Assembly (NCBI RefSeq): GCF_036588685.1
Contig: NC_086377.1
Span: forward strand, 53,878,001 to 53,942,000
Reading direction: 5' to 3'
Source of the DNA: Mytilus trossulus
Taxonomy: Eukaryota
DNA: 64,000 nucleotides
The notes beneath the pieces were generated by a model that searched no databases, had not been told where the DNA came from, and saw only the letters and a list, made by a program, of their open reading frames with translations. Below, in pieces: positions 25,381 through 38,303 of this stretch (positions are counted from its first letter, which is position 1; each line of letters starts with the position of its first letter). The position numbers and the translations under genes were made by a program.

Positions 25381-27332
25381 CACTACGTGAGTAAACAGTT
25401 TCACAGTATATCAATGCGATCCCTACAGGAAGAAGTTCAGATATAAAAGAAAAACACTGCATCGATATATAATGGAAAACCACGAGCCGGATTATGGACA
25501 TAATAACTGTAGGATGTGCAACAATTAATATGTAAGATGAGAATACCTGTACCGACTTCTTTGAAAAAATAATAAATTTGAATAAAATTTAATCAAGTAG
25601 AATGACAATGGTATCAAGATTTCAGTGAGGATAATTCTATTTCTGATCTAATCGACGAGCTGCATTTGTCAAAAAAACAAAATATACAACTTTGAATGTG
25701 ACATGAACGGAGACGCGCAAGACATACATGCACTACCTATCGCCGATACTGCAAATTTGCCTCGTAACCATATTCGTTCTTATTGTGGCGTCTAACTGTA
25801 TCTCCAATCAGCAAAATCATTTAAAGAATTACAGGCGAAATGTATATGAACTTCCATCCTTTAAAGTATGGTCGGTACAATAATTCCTGTACAACAGTCA
25901 GAGATATAATAGACACAGGGTTAATAATACATCATCATTCATCATGCTACATTGAAGATGCATATAATTATAATTGGAGTTTTCCAGCGATTCTTGCTTA
26001 ATATTGTATGCATAATTGTATGTTTCTTACAGGATGCTGATCAATCTGTACAGACAGATACACAGGAACTCCAATATCAAGATGGCCCATTATTATAATC
26101 GTTGTTTCCATTACATAGCTTGTTTCATTTTAAAATGCATTCATACTAGAAAGAACAATGGCGTCCGAGGACACAGCAGTATATGTAGAAACTGATTCTC
26201 AAACATTTTTAACTGGAGGATTAGTTAAATCTGAAGCCATTCAATGTAAACAAGAAGATGAAATCGTTGAACTCCGAGTATTCACCTAGAACCACCTTTC
26301 ACTAACTGGACGAATAAAAAAATATTTAAATTTTGTATCAAAATCTTCAAGTTGGTCACAAACTCTGATAACTGTACAATAAATGATTTTAAATAGACAT
26401 CTCAAGTTCTTAGATAATGTAACATCGCACAAATAAAATGTTAAATACAGATGTTATTGATTATCACAACCAGCATGAAAATAAATAAACACTCGATAAC
26501 TATCTTTACATGTAAATAACAATTCCTGTTGATATTTGTGTACACAGTCTTCTTGTCGACAGGAAACAAAACATATGTATATGATTATTGTTTTTGTTAA
26601 ATGTAACTTCCGGTATGTGGATTCTTTACACCAAGATATAAAAAAGAAAAAAGAGTGTCAGAAGGTTTATTTTTATACGGACCCATGAGGTGAAAAAAAG
26701 GGGTTAAAAGTTTTGTATTAATTTTCTTATTGACACACCGGTCCACACAAGTTATGTGCGTAAAGAAAAGTGAAATGTAATTTGCAAATCAGCTGCACCA
26801 ACATTTTAACCGGTTAACAGGGAGCAGTCGGGGACAACTTACAAATAAAGTATAGAAAGTGCCTGAGACAATAGTCTATTCTTAAAATCTGGTATCACAA
26901 CTCAACTTCATTTAATGGAATTTGATTTGTATTCTCAATTTTATTTTAATTATTTTTCACATATTTCTGTTACCAGTTGTCATGTAATTCTGTATTCTGT
27001 AAATACCATTCACAATTTCAATCACCATGACACAACATGAATGTGTTGCTGAATTAAGAAGTTATTTGGAAGTTACATAGTTTACGTTTTCTTTGTCAAG
27101 CATTATTCTGGTCATGTACGAGTCTTTCAACATTGAACTTAAAATGTCGATTAAACGTTATAGATATTTATTTCTTTAATCTTTGAATAGGAACGTCTCA
27201 GGAGAAGGTTACTACAAAGAGCAAGGGAAAACAAGATGCTGAGAACAAAACAAAGTCAAGATTCTTAGGAACGAAAAGGCAGCCAAAACACCTGAAGATA
27301 TTAAAGGAAATAAGAAAAAAAATTACATCGAT

Positions 27333-27502
27333 CCCTATCCAATATACCCGCATTTTCCAGTTGCAGTCCAAATTTCCCGACCATCATCCCATATGGCCTC
27401 TATTACAACAACCTACCTATTGTATTAATGGTTAACTTATTCTGCACCTGAGCAGGCATGAAATATTTGCTACTGGACGTTAAGCAACCACCAATCAATC
27501 AA
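27333..27502 (+). mobile_element. Meta-domain SINE family, 3' fragment
   Basis: TCCCTATCCAATATACCC...GGACGTTAAGCAACC(CAAT)n. Confidence 0.75.
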
Positions 27503-27934
27503 TCTTATGTTCACTCTGCGCGTCAATGGTTCTAAGATATATGCTATATGTATTGGCAAAGGCCTCAAGACTGAAATCTTCAAAAACACTAAGGCTTCGT
27601 GGTTGGGAGTTGTATGACAAAATCAGAAGAAGAAAAAGCGAACAGAACTGAAGGACTGGTAGACAAAGGCATATCATCAATCCCTCAAGATTTTTTTGCA
27701 TGGGGTAAAATAGATCAATTTCAGAAGTTTATTAATTGTGCCTTAAGTTGAACCAATTAAAATAAAGCAGATGAATATGCTTGATCATGGATGTATCATC
27801 CTTAGCATTCTTCTTAGCTGGACTGCTACTCAATTATTTAACTTTTATGAGAGTGGTATATAATGTCTCAAAATGGGGTGAGAGGTCTTACAATTTTATT
27901 ACATTTTCATCAAAAATATGCACAAAATAGAGGA

Positions 27935-28180
27935 GGAAATGCGGTTCCACTTCATCGTCTTTTTAAGTATGTAGAAGACACATGGATCCACAGTACCGTT
28001 TGGCCCGTGGAATCGTGGGCAGCTTTTGGCCATCCGACACGTACAAACAACGATTGTAGAGAGGTGGCATAGGCGCATCAACAAGAAATTATCAGAAGAG
28101 AAGAAACCCTTCTTACTGCTACCAAAACTTAAAGAAGAAGCTGAACTGCTGCCTAATCAGCTGGAGATGGTAACAGGGTG
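27935..28180 (+). pseudogene. MULE/Mutator transposase C-terminal fragment
   Basis: LFKYVEDTWI..WPVESW..F...RTNND (frameshift) ERWHRRIN, the catalytic-E motif of MULE transposases. Confidence 0.75.
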
Positions 28181-29555
28181 TAAATACATAAAATATACGT
28201 AATAAGACATATATGAAAAGGAATATGTGTCCTCAAGAGACCAAAATGCCACAGAAATAAACAACTATAGGTAATCGTACCGTCATCAACAACGAGCAAA
28301 GTCCATACTGCATAGTTAGCTATAAAAGACCCGAAATGACACCATAAAACAATTCAGACGAGAAAACTAACTGCCATATTTATATAAAAAATGAACTAAA
28401 TAAAAGATAAAACACATCAACAAACAACGTGTCCGCCGCAATATTCAGTAAACAAATATCTTTTTCTAATGTTCTATGAAGCGAGCACACTTTGACACTT
28501 GAGGATTGTTTTGGATATAAATACTATCAGCAGATCAGCTAGAAAATGATAAAATATGAAGCCTTAAGCCCCAGTCCCACTAGACCATGATCGCACCACG
28601 CTCACCGCGATCTAAAAAAAAATAGATCGTGGTGAGGTCGCGGTATGAGCGGCATGAACATGTTAATTTTCGTTGCTTTCACGATGCTACTACGTCCTAA
28701 TTACGCTTCTATAACGATCCCGCTACGATTAAACCACGTTCTCACCGCGATTATTCTGCGACCTCACTACGCTTATAAAGATCTTTCTTCGCTCTTCACT
28801 TTCTCACTACGACCATACCACGAGTTATCCAATAACATCACGATCTTACTGCGATTATAGCACGTTCTTACCACGATTATACTACGTTCTCAGCAATATC
28901 GTGTTTCATATCAATATAGTTCCATTCCTTCTATTTCTGATAAAAACGGAGATTTCTCGGAAACAATACAGTCATGCCACTTAAACTCAGACATATCAAT
29001 CTTTGACTTAAAAAAATACAGAAATATCTATTATTTTTTTTTTAAATCAAGGAAAAACGTAATTTGAAGAATACAATATGGCATTTTGAGAAGCGTTTTT
29101 GTTACTAGTTTGAAAAGCTATATATTTGATAAAGAATGAATGAGCAGTTTGTATTTCAATTTGAAAATACATTTTTCATAAATTCTAAAGTTTGTTACAG
29201 TAAACGGACAGAAAATCACAGGACAAAAAGTTATTAATATTTTGTTGACAATTGTTTCAATGTATTGAGAAATATTTTGTTTTTATCACATATATTACAC
29301 AGTTATTTGTACACTTGAATTTAAACTATAATTGTATTGCCTCTCGGGGCGTCTTGACTGACTTATAAAAATTGTAGCTGTTGTTACCACACACGCATAT
29401 ACAGTGATCTTTTCTACATGTACTTTACTCCTATATTTATCAACCCCTTTAATTGTATCGATGTAGATATACAGTCCTGAAGACCAATACTTTATACTTC
29501 AGAAAAATAAGCCATCTGCTTCATGTCAGCTACTGTTCTCGATTTTTATTGTACT

Positions 29556-29973
29556 CCAAGGGTGACTGGGGTATAGAAATATGGTCACTTGGTCTTCTCC
29601 CCACCGATAGTAAAACGCTTGACGAAGTGGGGCGTCCGTTTTGCTATTCGGGATGTATCAAGTTCGAAGTCACGTCCAGTCAGAAGAAGGACGTTAAATC
29701 CGATGCCTCGTGTTAAGAGAGTGCCACGTTTTTTGCACGTTGAGAACCCTTGCAACAAATCTTTTGAAGAGTCCGTAGGTGGCCTGTTGTAATGCAAAAT
29801 TTCTGTCCCTATCGAAGATACCCTCATTTCCCAGTGTCAGTCAAAATTTCCCCGACCATCATCACAGATGGCCTCTATCATATCAACCTACCTATTGTAT
29901 TTATTGTTAACTTGTTCTCGTCCTGAATATGCATGAAATATGTGCCACTGGACGTTAAGCAACCACTAATCAA
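29556..29973 (+). mobile_element. Meta-domain SINE, full-length
   Basis: CCAAGGGTGACTGGGG head through GGACGTTAAGCAACC tail. Confidence 0.85.
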
Positions 29974-30104
29974 CCATTTTGATTGAGGTGCAAAGTCTGT
30001 AAGAAAGAAGCTGTTACCAACGACAATTTTTAAATGACGCAATTAGTAATGCTGAATTGATTTAAGGGTTTCGAAATTTTCATTTGTCTTGAATTACTAT
30101 AGAA

Positions 30105-30300
30105 AATATGCCACGCCATAAAGATACAATTGCCGTCTCAGTTTGGTGGTCGTTGCTCCCTTCCTCTGAAACACCATAACTGAACAAACTTTGAAAGGTG
30201 TCCCTGTTTAATGATTTGTTCTCATATAAAAACAATATCCTGAAGACTCCCAAAATTCTTCAGCACACCCAATGTTCCAGTATCACTAGAAGCAGAATTG
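30105..30300 (-). pseudogene. G2E3-like HECT fragment
   Basis: Manual translation gives LFLYENKSLNRDTFQSLFSYGVSEEGSNDHQTETAIVSLWR, similar to the HECT 'SEEGSN...E...W' segment. Confidence 0.45.
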
Positions 30301-31394
30301 ACACAGGTTCATTTGGTTGGATTGTTTTGTGGATCATTTTAATTTTTTCACAAGATAAACACAAATAGTATTTTGTGTTGACATATTCGCTATATATTCA
30401 ACCAAATTAAATTATAAAAAAATATTGTATAAGCTGACCATACCGAAGTCGACAAGCCACTATAAATAATGTGGTCTTTATGATAATGGAAAAAATACTC
30501 TAAAAGAGACAGTGTGTATTTTAAGATGAATGCTTTAAAAATGGAAATTAAAAAAACAAAAAAAAACGAAAATATGATTCTTGTCTTTTTGGGTATTTTT
30601 TTACGTAATTACTTATACAATGCTATTTTTGTTTGGCTAGAACTGATTAATTTGAAGGAATAGGGGTCGTTGTAAATATTACATTACATTAACGTGTTTA
30701 TAATTTTCATTAGCTGTTATCTGTTCTAAAGAATTTTAATTCTCTGTTTAAAGTTTTAAAGTAGGAAAATCGGTTTTCATGTCCAGACATATCCCCAGAT
30801 TTTCTATGCATTCGATCTCCTCGAATAAGTCTTTTACGGTATATCAATATAAAATTAGTGTTCCCCTCTATCACTTCTGCTATATTTTTAATGTCCAGTC
30901 TTCTCCCGGTTAAAACTTTGGATTGAAAGTATCTCAAAATATCAACTGTATCTGTCATTTGGTTTTCGAAACAATACTTAAGACTTTAAGGCAACATTCC
31001 TCACTATCCTTTCATACTTCAATAACAGCATTTTTCAGTATTACTGTATCAATTTAAAGTAAATGGTAAACTATTCAACTACGGTACACAAAAGCTACAT
31101 TTTATCATCTCTCAAAACTACCATCATGGCTGAATTGTCCTAAACCAATATTTCCAATATTGTAGTCTCATTTTCAGGACTGTATGAATACGTTCGATAA
31201 TGCAAAAAGTGCTGAATCACGTGGGCCGTTGTTTCAAATTCTCAGTCGCTTCAAATTTTATAAATGTGAAAAAGAAAACATCAGAATTTGTGGACATTTG
31301 TCACTTAAGGCTTTGTCTCTGTTTTGTGTTGCAAATTACTGAATATAAAATCATTGGAGGAGATTGATTATAACATTGGAATAACCGATTTAAC

Positions 31395-31824
31395 CCAAGG
31401 GTGACTGGGGTATAGAAATATGGTCACTTGGTCTTCTCCGGACCGGCAGTAAAACGCTTGCCGAAGTGGGGCGTCCGTTTGGCTGTACGGGATGTATCAA
31501 GTTCGTAGCCACGTCCGGTCACTAGGGGGCGTTAAATCCGATGCATCGTGTAAAGAGAGTGCCACGCTCTTTGCACGTTAAGAACCCTTGCAACAACTCT
31601 GTGAGGGGTCCGTAGGTGGCCTTTTGCAAGGCTAAATATATATCCCTATCCAATATACATTTTTTTGTACCCTCCTTTTCCGGTGGCAGTCAAAATTTCT
31701 CCGACCATCATCCCAGATGGCCTCTAATGTATCAACCTACCTATTGTATTCATTGTGAACTTGTTCTCGTCCTGAATATGCATGAAATATTTGCCACTGG
31801 ACGTTAAGCAACCAACAATCAATT
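31395..31824 (+). mobile_element. Meta-domain SINE, full-length
   Basis: Same head, core and tail as the other copies. Confidence 0.85.
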
Positions 31825-31852
31825 AATGGAATGATCAGTGTGTCTTTGTACG

Positions 31853-32100
31853 TTACTTAACAGTTATGTTTTCGGCTCGTGTGTTTCTGGACATATCTAA
31901 TGATAGAACAGGTACAAAGTGATTAGGAACCCAATAATTGTTGTTCATATCTATACGGGTTGTTGTCCATAGTATGTTTGCCAATATAGCTGATTCCGGG
32001 TTTCCAGGATAACATATCCTGTTCAGGTGTCCTCTTACAACAAGATTTCCAAGGTCAGGATAAATGGAGCAAATTTTCAAAACGTTGGCTTGATAGATTA
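31853..32100 (-). pseudogene. Vertnin/OTU-like domain remnant
   Basis: ICSIYP..LNRICYP..ILWT..WVPNHFVPVL. Confidence 0.55.
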
Positions 32101-32116
32101 AAGAGACATGAAGATG

Positions 32117-32262
32117 TACATATTTATTATAATCTTTTGATTATCGTACATATTCATTATAATCTCTTGATTATCGTACATATTCATTATAATCTCTTGA
32201 TTATCGTACACATTTATTATAATCTCTTGATTATCGTTCATATTTATTATAATCTCTGATTA
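32117..32262. repeat. 30-bp minisatellite, about 4.5 copies
   Basis: TATTCATTATAATCTCTTGATTATCGTACA in tandem. Confidence 0.9.
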
Positions 32263-32957
32263 TCTTGATTGTTTATTCTTCCTATTCCATGGGTTAACTG
32301 TCGCTAATTTGGGGTAGCTGCCTGTTCTTTTGAGATCTGCAAGATAAAGAAAAACATAAATTATTGCGATACAAAATAATATATATAGTGACTGCATAAA
32401 GCATCAACCATTTGATTTTCATACCAGAAGAGGTTATTCAAAAACATACCAGACCTTTAGCTCAGTCAATGTTTGGAGGAATAGCTAGATGTATATATGT
32501 GGACAGGATCAATAATTTCAATTTCCAGCGAAGGTCATACAGTACACACAAAGGCAGACGTCTTGTAAAACCAATGATTGTTTGAACATCATGTTTTAAC
32601 ATTAAAAATATGTAGTATGGTGAACGCGGATATAGCCTGCAATTATTTACAATGATTTTATACCAGTTGTGATATCCTAATAATGTGTATGCTAAAGATA
32701 TAAAATGTATAATACTATATATTGATATGTTATTATTACATGAATTGACAACCGACTGTTGTTTATGTGACTCCACACAGATTGACTGATACAGCAACAG
32801 GGAAAACTTACATCATTGGGCAAGATGGGTGGGTGACTCCTACAGTCCTACAGCTGAATCAAGATTCGTTTGATCAAGAATTCAAAAGGGAGCAAACGTA
32901 ATATCCTCTCTTATTCATTTGATTTTGTTTAAACAAATTATCTCTTGTAGAGTTGAT

Positions 32958-33226
32958 GAATATCAATTATATGGTAATTTTTATAAATTTTCTGTTTACA
33001 AAACTTTGAATTTTTCGAAAAACTAAGGATTTTCTTACGCCCAGGAGTAGATTACCTTAGCCGTATTTGGCACAACTTTTTTGGAATTTTTGGGTCCTCA
33101 ATGCTCCTCAACTTTGTATTTGTTTGGCTTTTTAACTGTTTTGATCTGAGCGTCACTGATGAGTCTTATGTAGACGAAACGCGCGTCTGGCGTATTAAAT
33201 TATAATCCTGGTACCTTTGATAACTA
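32958..33226 (+). mobile_element. Partial retrozyme-type monomer, circularly permuted relative to 21807-22173
   Basis: Matches 21990-22173 followed by 21830-21912. Confidence 0.75.
33150..33193 (+). ncRNA. Type I hammerhead ribozyme
   Basis: GCGUCA-CUGAUGA-GUC(UUAUGUA)GAC-GAA-ACGCGCGU-C-UGGCGU; differs from the first copy only in loop II. Confidence 0.9.
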
Positions 33227-34696
33227 TCATTCATGCATTCCCAGAAATTAAATGTTGAAGGGAGTGATGAATTGGAGTTCTTTGGTGACTTTTGGGCTAA
33301 AGTGGTGGAGTATTATGATAAAGTAACTAAAAAAGATAATGAAAGAAAATGGGACAGATTAAAGATGTTAAATAGCAGAAAAATGACTCAAAAGCAAACA
33401 GGTATATCTTAATTATGTGTTTAATTCCTAACTAACTTTCATTATTAAAATATAATGCTTACTTGTGTAATTGTATATGGTGTATTAAACATAGCTATTA
33501 ATCTTTGAATGTTTTGTTGATTGTTGTCTGCCAAACTAAATGGCAAGATTCTCATAACCTACCTGTACAGGTAATATGATTATTTGTATTCACATAAAAA
33601 TAAAGTTGGGATAGGAGTGGGAGGATTGTTGATGGGACTGCTGTCCACAAGATCATAAAATAAGATAAAACTTTCTATTACAACATACAGTTGGTGTGTC
33701 AGCATGTACAACATAAGATCCACTATTGGCAGCTGGTGGCTCATGAAATGATGAACTAAAGCCAGCTAGTTTCAGAAAACCAAAATTTGGGACTATTAAA
33801 GTAAAATGTTGTGTTGACTGACAGCGATTTTGCTGATTCTCCGGTTCTAATAATGGTCTAGTGGTCAACTGCTCATTTTCTGATTCTGATTCCACTAATA
33901 ATTGAGGAATCGGAAAAGAAATTGTATCATATCCCCTGTTGGCAAAGTCATCCCTTTTCTACTCTGAACCTGTGTGTATTAGAATAGCTGAAATGTCTCC
34001 ATCCAGTGCTGTCCCTCAACGTATCTGCTATTTGTTGCAGGATCAGATCCTTGTAAGAACGATATCGTTTAGTAAAAAAAACCTCCAAGAAACCCAAAAG
34101 ATGTCTGGGTGTCTAAAACTGATCATCTATTTTGTGCATTTGGCAGACAAAATCATACCATACCAAAAAGTACAGCCCCTAGTTTGACTATAATTTTGGA
34201 AAATGCAACTTTGACATTTACATGAACACTTATAAATATTAATTAAGAAACAACACGAACTCAACTAAAAGCCGGGAGTGATATCAGGTGCTCCGGAAGG
34301 GTAAGCATTTACTGTACCGTATAAGGCACCTGTCGTGTTAAAAAAACCTGTCGAATTAGTACCTTAAAATTAAAGCAAATTATATCAAAGGGGTTTAATA
34401 TAAAGTCTCATTAGATCGTAAAATGGCGTTTCCAGTCGTGTCCGTGTATTTACGCATAAACTGTTCTCCCAAAGCTTCCAAAATTATTTTTTTTTGTTAC
34501 CGATGACTAAATGGAGGTCAAGTTCAATAATGACGATTTTGACCGTTCAGGAGTTATGGTTCTTGAAAGATTGAAAAATGGTGTTTCCAGTCGTGTCCGT
34601 GCATTTGCATATGATTGTGGGTTATGAATGTGGACAAAACATTACTTTTATAATGAACAATAAGTTGACAACTAAATAATTTGAATATTATTAACC

Positions 34697-34896
34697 CCCA
34701 AGGGTGAATGGGGTATAGAAATATGGTCATTTGGTCTTCTCCCGACCGGCAGTAAAATACTTGCCGAAGTGGAGCGTCCGTTTGGATGTGCGGGATGTAT
34801 CAAGTTCGAAGTCACGTCCAGGCAGAAGGGGGACGTTAAATCCGATGCTTCGTGTACGCTATTTGCACGTTAGGAACCCTTGCAACAACGCTCTGG
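34697..34896 (+). mobile_element. 5' half of a Meta-domain SINE split by the Harbinger element
   Basis: SINE sequence stops at CAACAACGCTCTGG and resumes as GGGTCCGTAGG at 50797. Confidence 0.85.
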
Positions 34897-35216
34897 GGGC
34901 GAGTTTATTTATCTACTCTATACTTACTCTGGTTATGTTAATGCCTGTGCGCGCGCAATCTTTTACGTGAACGGAAAACTCGATACTAGAGGAACTCTCA
35001 ACATGGAGGACGAAGTTGACAACAACATGCAATGTTTCATTTTCATACAGAATATGACGGGCCTAGAAAATCTAGCAATGGCTAGACACACGCAACTGAA
35101 TAATTTAGCTATAACAATAGCAGCATTGCTCCGTAGACCCCATGTTCCACGGATTACATGCTACGCAGAAACAGTTATTCCAACATTTGCTCCTGTTGAT
35201 TTTCAATCTCATTATA

Positions 35217-38096
35217 GGTTACAAGAGCGCAATTATTCGTAATGCATTTTCCATAGGATACCACTAGTGTTCCGTATTTTTTTTCTCGAAGACTACACCA
35301 ACTAGGGAAAAACAGGTGGCAGTTCCTGTTACTAGAAATGACAGTTTTGCATTACAACCAAAAAAAAATATAGGGTCATGCGGCTCAAATTGACCTAAAA
35401 TGCAGTTGAAAAAAATCGTCTACTTTTTTCGCTTAATGAAAAAGGCATATTTTTAATGGCTCCGACGTGCAGAAATTGAAGATATTTTCTAGACTTCGTA
35501 AAATGTGAATATGATTTTCGGCAATTTTTAAACCTAATTGAATAAGCTTTCGATTAAATGTAATTTCAATCCTGTATCAACCAATCAGAAGCCGTATATG
35601 ATTCTATTCTGAGTACCATCTTGGGGTAAAAATCTTGCCGGTAAAACGTAAACAAATAATTGCGCTCTTGTAACCTATACGGTAGTGAAAAAAAATTCCG
35701 AAAATTAAGCGCCCGCGCCAAAAGTTGCGCTGGCGTCTATCTAGATGATACCATATCTTCAAAACATTATCTGATCACTCTCTGAATTTGGAGAATTAGT
35801 TTTTGTCCGCCGATCAGGCCTAAAATTGGAACTAATTTTTTCACCAAATACGGTACTGGTCAAAGAGACATGAAGATAATGTTAATTTATTGGCCTAATT
35901 TTTCGAAGGTCATCCAGCACTGATCATATTGTCGACAAAACCGTTCTGATATGGAAAAGCTACATCGAATTTTGAAGAATGGCTATATATGAAACCATTT
36001 CTCGAAAAAAGACGTTTTTGAAACAGACTATAGTTTTTACAAATGTTGAAAATATGATAATATTTCTACTTTGGCAAATGAAACTATTCTTAGACTACGA
36101 TATTCAATGCCAAGATTAATTTTTCTACTTTGCAATTTAACTAAATCGTTGGTATTTGCTTAGGGACCCTTTTGGCCAATTTTCATGAAATTAGCTTTTT
36201 GCTAGAACAATAACTGAGACACGGTCGTTAAGGTTAAAAACCAAAATGTACCTTCAAATTCAAGATAAATACATGCTCTTTCCGATGAAAACAGTAGATA
36301 CCACAAAAACGTTGCATTCTTTTCATACTTTGTCGACATTCGAGCCCACCCTAGATTTAGATATAGAAATAAATACAAATAGGAAACAGACTATAGCATG
36401 AATTCCCGTCGATGAAAAGTCCATTTGACCCCGTTTCTCACTGTTTCACATTTTTCCAGAGAAAAATGACAATTTTTGATATTTTTCAAAGCCTTATTAA
36501 AAAAAAAGTGTCATTTCTCTATAGGTTACAAGACCGCAATTATTCGTAATGCATTTTCCATAGGATACCACTAGTGTTCCGTATTTTTTTTCTCGAAGAC
36601 TACACCAACTAGGGAAAAACAGGTGGCAGTTCCTGTTACTAGAAATGACAGTTTTGCATTACAACCAAAAAAAAATATAGGGTCATGCGGCTCAAATTGA
36701 CCTAAAATGCAGTTGAAAAAAATCGTCTACTTTTTTCGCTTAATGAAAAAGGCATATTTTTAATGGCTCCGACGTGCAGAAATTGAAGATATTTTCTAGA
36801 CTTCGTAAAATGTGAATATGATTTTCGGCAATTTTTAAACCTAATTGAATAAGCTTTCGATTAAATGTAATTTCAATCCTGTATCAACCAATCAGAAGCC
36901 GTATATGATTCTATTCTGAGTACCATCTTGGGGTAAAAATCTTGCCGGTAAAACGTAAACAAATAATTGCGCTCTTGTAACCTATACGGTAGTGAAAAAA
37001 AATTCCGAAAATTAAGCGCCCGCGCCAAAAGTTGCGCTGGCGTCTATCTAGATGATACCATATCTTCAAAACATTATCTGATCACTCTCTGAATTTGGAG
37101 AATTAGTTTTTGTCCGCCGATCAGGCCTAAAATTGGAACTAATTTTTTCACCAAATACGGTACTGGTCAAAGAGACATGAAGATAATGTTAATTTATTGG
37201 CCTAATTTTTCGAAGGTCATCCAGCACTGATCATATTGTCGACAAAACCGTTCTGATATGGAAAAGCTACATCGAATTTTGAAGAATGGCTATATATGAA
37301 ACCATTTCTCGAAAAAAGACGTTTTTGAAACAGACTATAGTTTTTACAAATGTTGAAAATATGATAATATTTCTACTTTGGCAAATGAAACTATTCTTAG
37401 ACTACGATATTCAATGCCAAGATTAATTTTTCTACTTTGCAATTTAACTAAATCGTTGGTATTTGCTTAGGGACCCTTTTGGCCAATTTTCATGAAATTA
37501 GCTTTTTGCTAGAACAATAACTGAGACACGGTCGTTAAGGTTAAAAACCAAAATGTACCTTCAAATTCAAGATAAATACATGCTCTTTCCGATGAAAACA
37601 GTAGATACCACAAAAACGTTGCATTCTTTTCATACTTTGTCGACATTCGAGCCCACCCTAGATTTAGATATAGAAATAAATACAAATAGGAAACAGACTA
37701 TAGCATGAATTCCCGTCGATGAAAAGTCCATTTGACCCCGTTTCTCACTGTTTCACATTTTTCCAGAGAAAAATGACAATTTTTGATATTTTTCAAAGCC
37801 TTATTAAAAAAAAAGTGTCATTTCTCTATAGGTTACAAGACCGCAATTATTCGTAATGCATTTTCCATAGGATACCACTAGTGTTCCGTATTTTTTTTCT
37901 CGAAGACTACACCAACTAGGGAAAAACAGGTGGCAGTTCCTGTTACTAGAAATGACAGTTTTGCATTACAACCAAAAAAAAATATAGGGTCATGCGGCTC
38001 AAATTGACCTAAAATGCAGTTGAAAAAAATCGTCTACTTTTTTCGCTTAATGAAAAAGGCATATTTTTAATGGCTCCGACGTGCAGAAATTGAAGA
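35217..38096. mobile_element. KolobokP-like composite non-autonomous element in tandem: LTDR-INT-LTDR-INT-LTDR(partial), period 1307 bp
   Basis: 459-bp direct repeats start at 35217, 36524 and 37831. The complete copies have their own TIR (GGTTACAAGAGCGCAATTATT / AATAATTGCGCTCTTGTAACC), and TATA flanks every visible junction. Confidence 0.8.
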
Positions 38097-38303
38097 AGAG
38101 GGACAGAAAGAAAGAAGGAAAGAGAAGGAGAAGAAAGGAAAGGGAAAGAAGGAATAGAAAGAAGAAAGAAAGAGAAATAGGAAAGAAGGAAGGAAAGAAA
38201 GGAAAGGAAAGAAAGGAAAGGAGAAGGAAGAAGAAGAAAGAAGAAAGAAGAAAGAACAGGGAAAAGAAAGAAGGAACTAAGAAGAGAAAGAGGAGGAAAG
38301 GAA
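38097..38303. repeat. Aperiodic A/G-rich low-complexity tract, probable sequencing artefact
   Basis: Almost purine-only with no unit; occupies the space expected for the rest of the third LTDR. Confidence 0.6.

Noticed and set aside
33653-34187. Short ORFs on both strands
   Set aside because: No recognisable motif or consistent splice structure.
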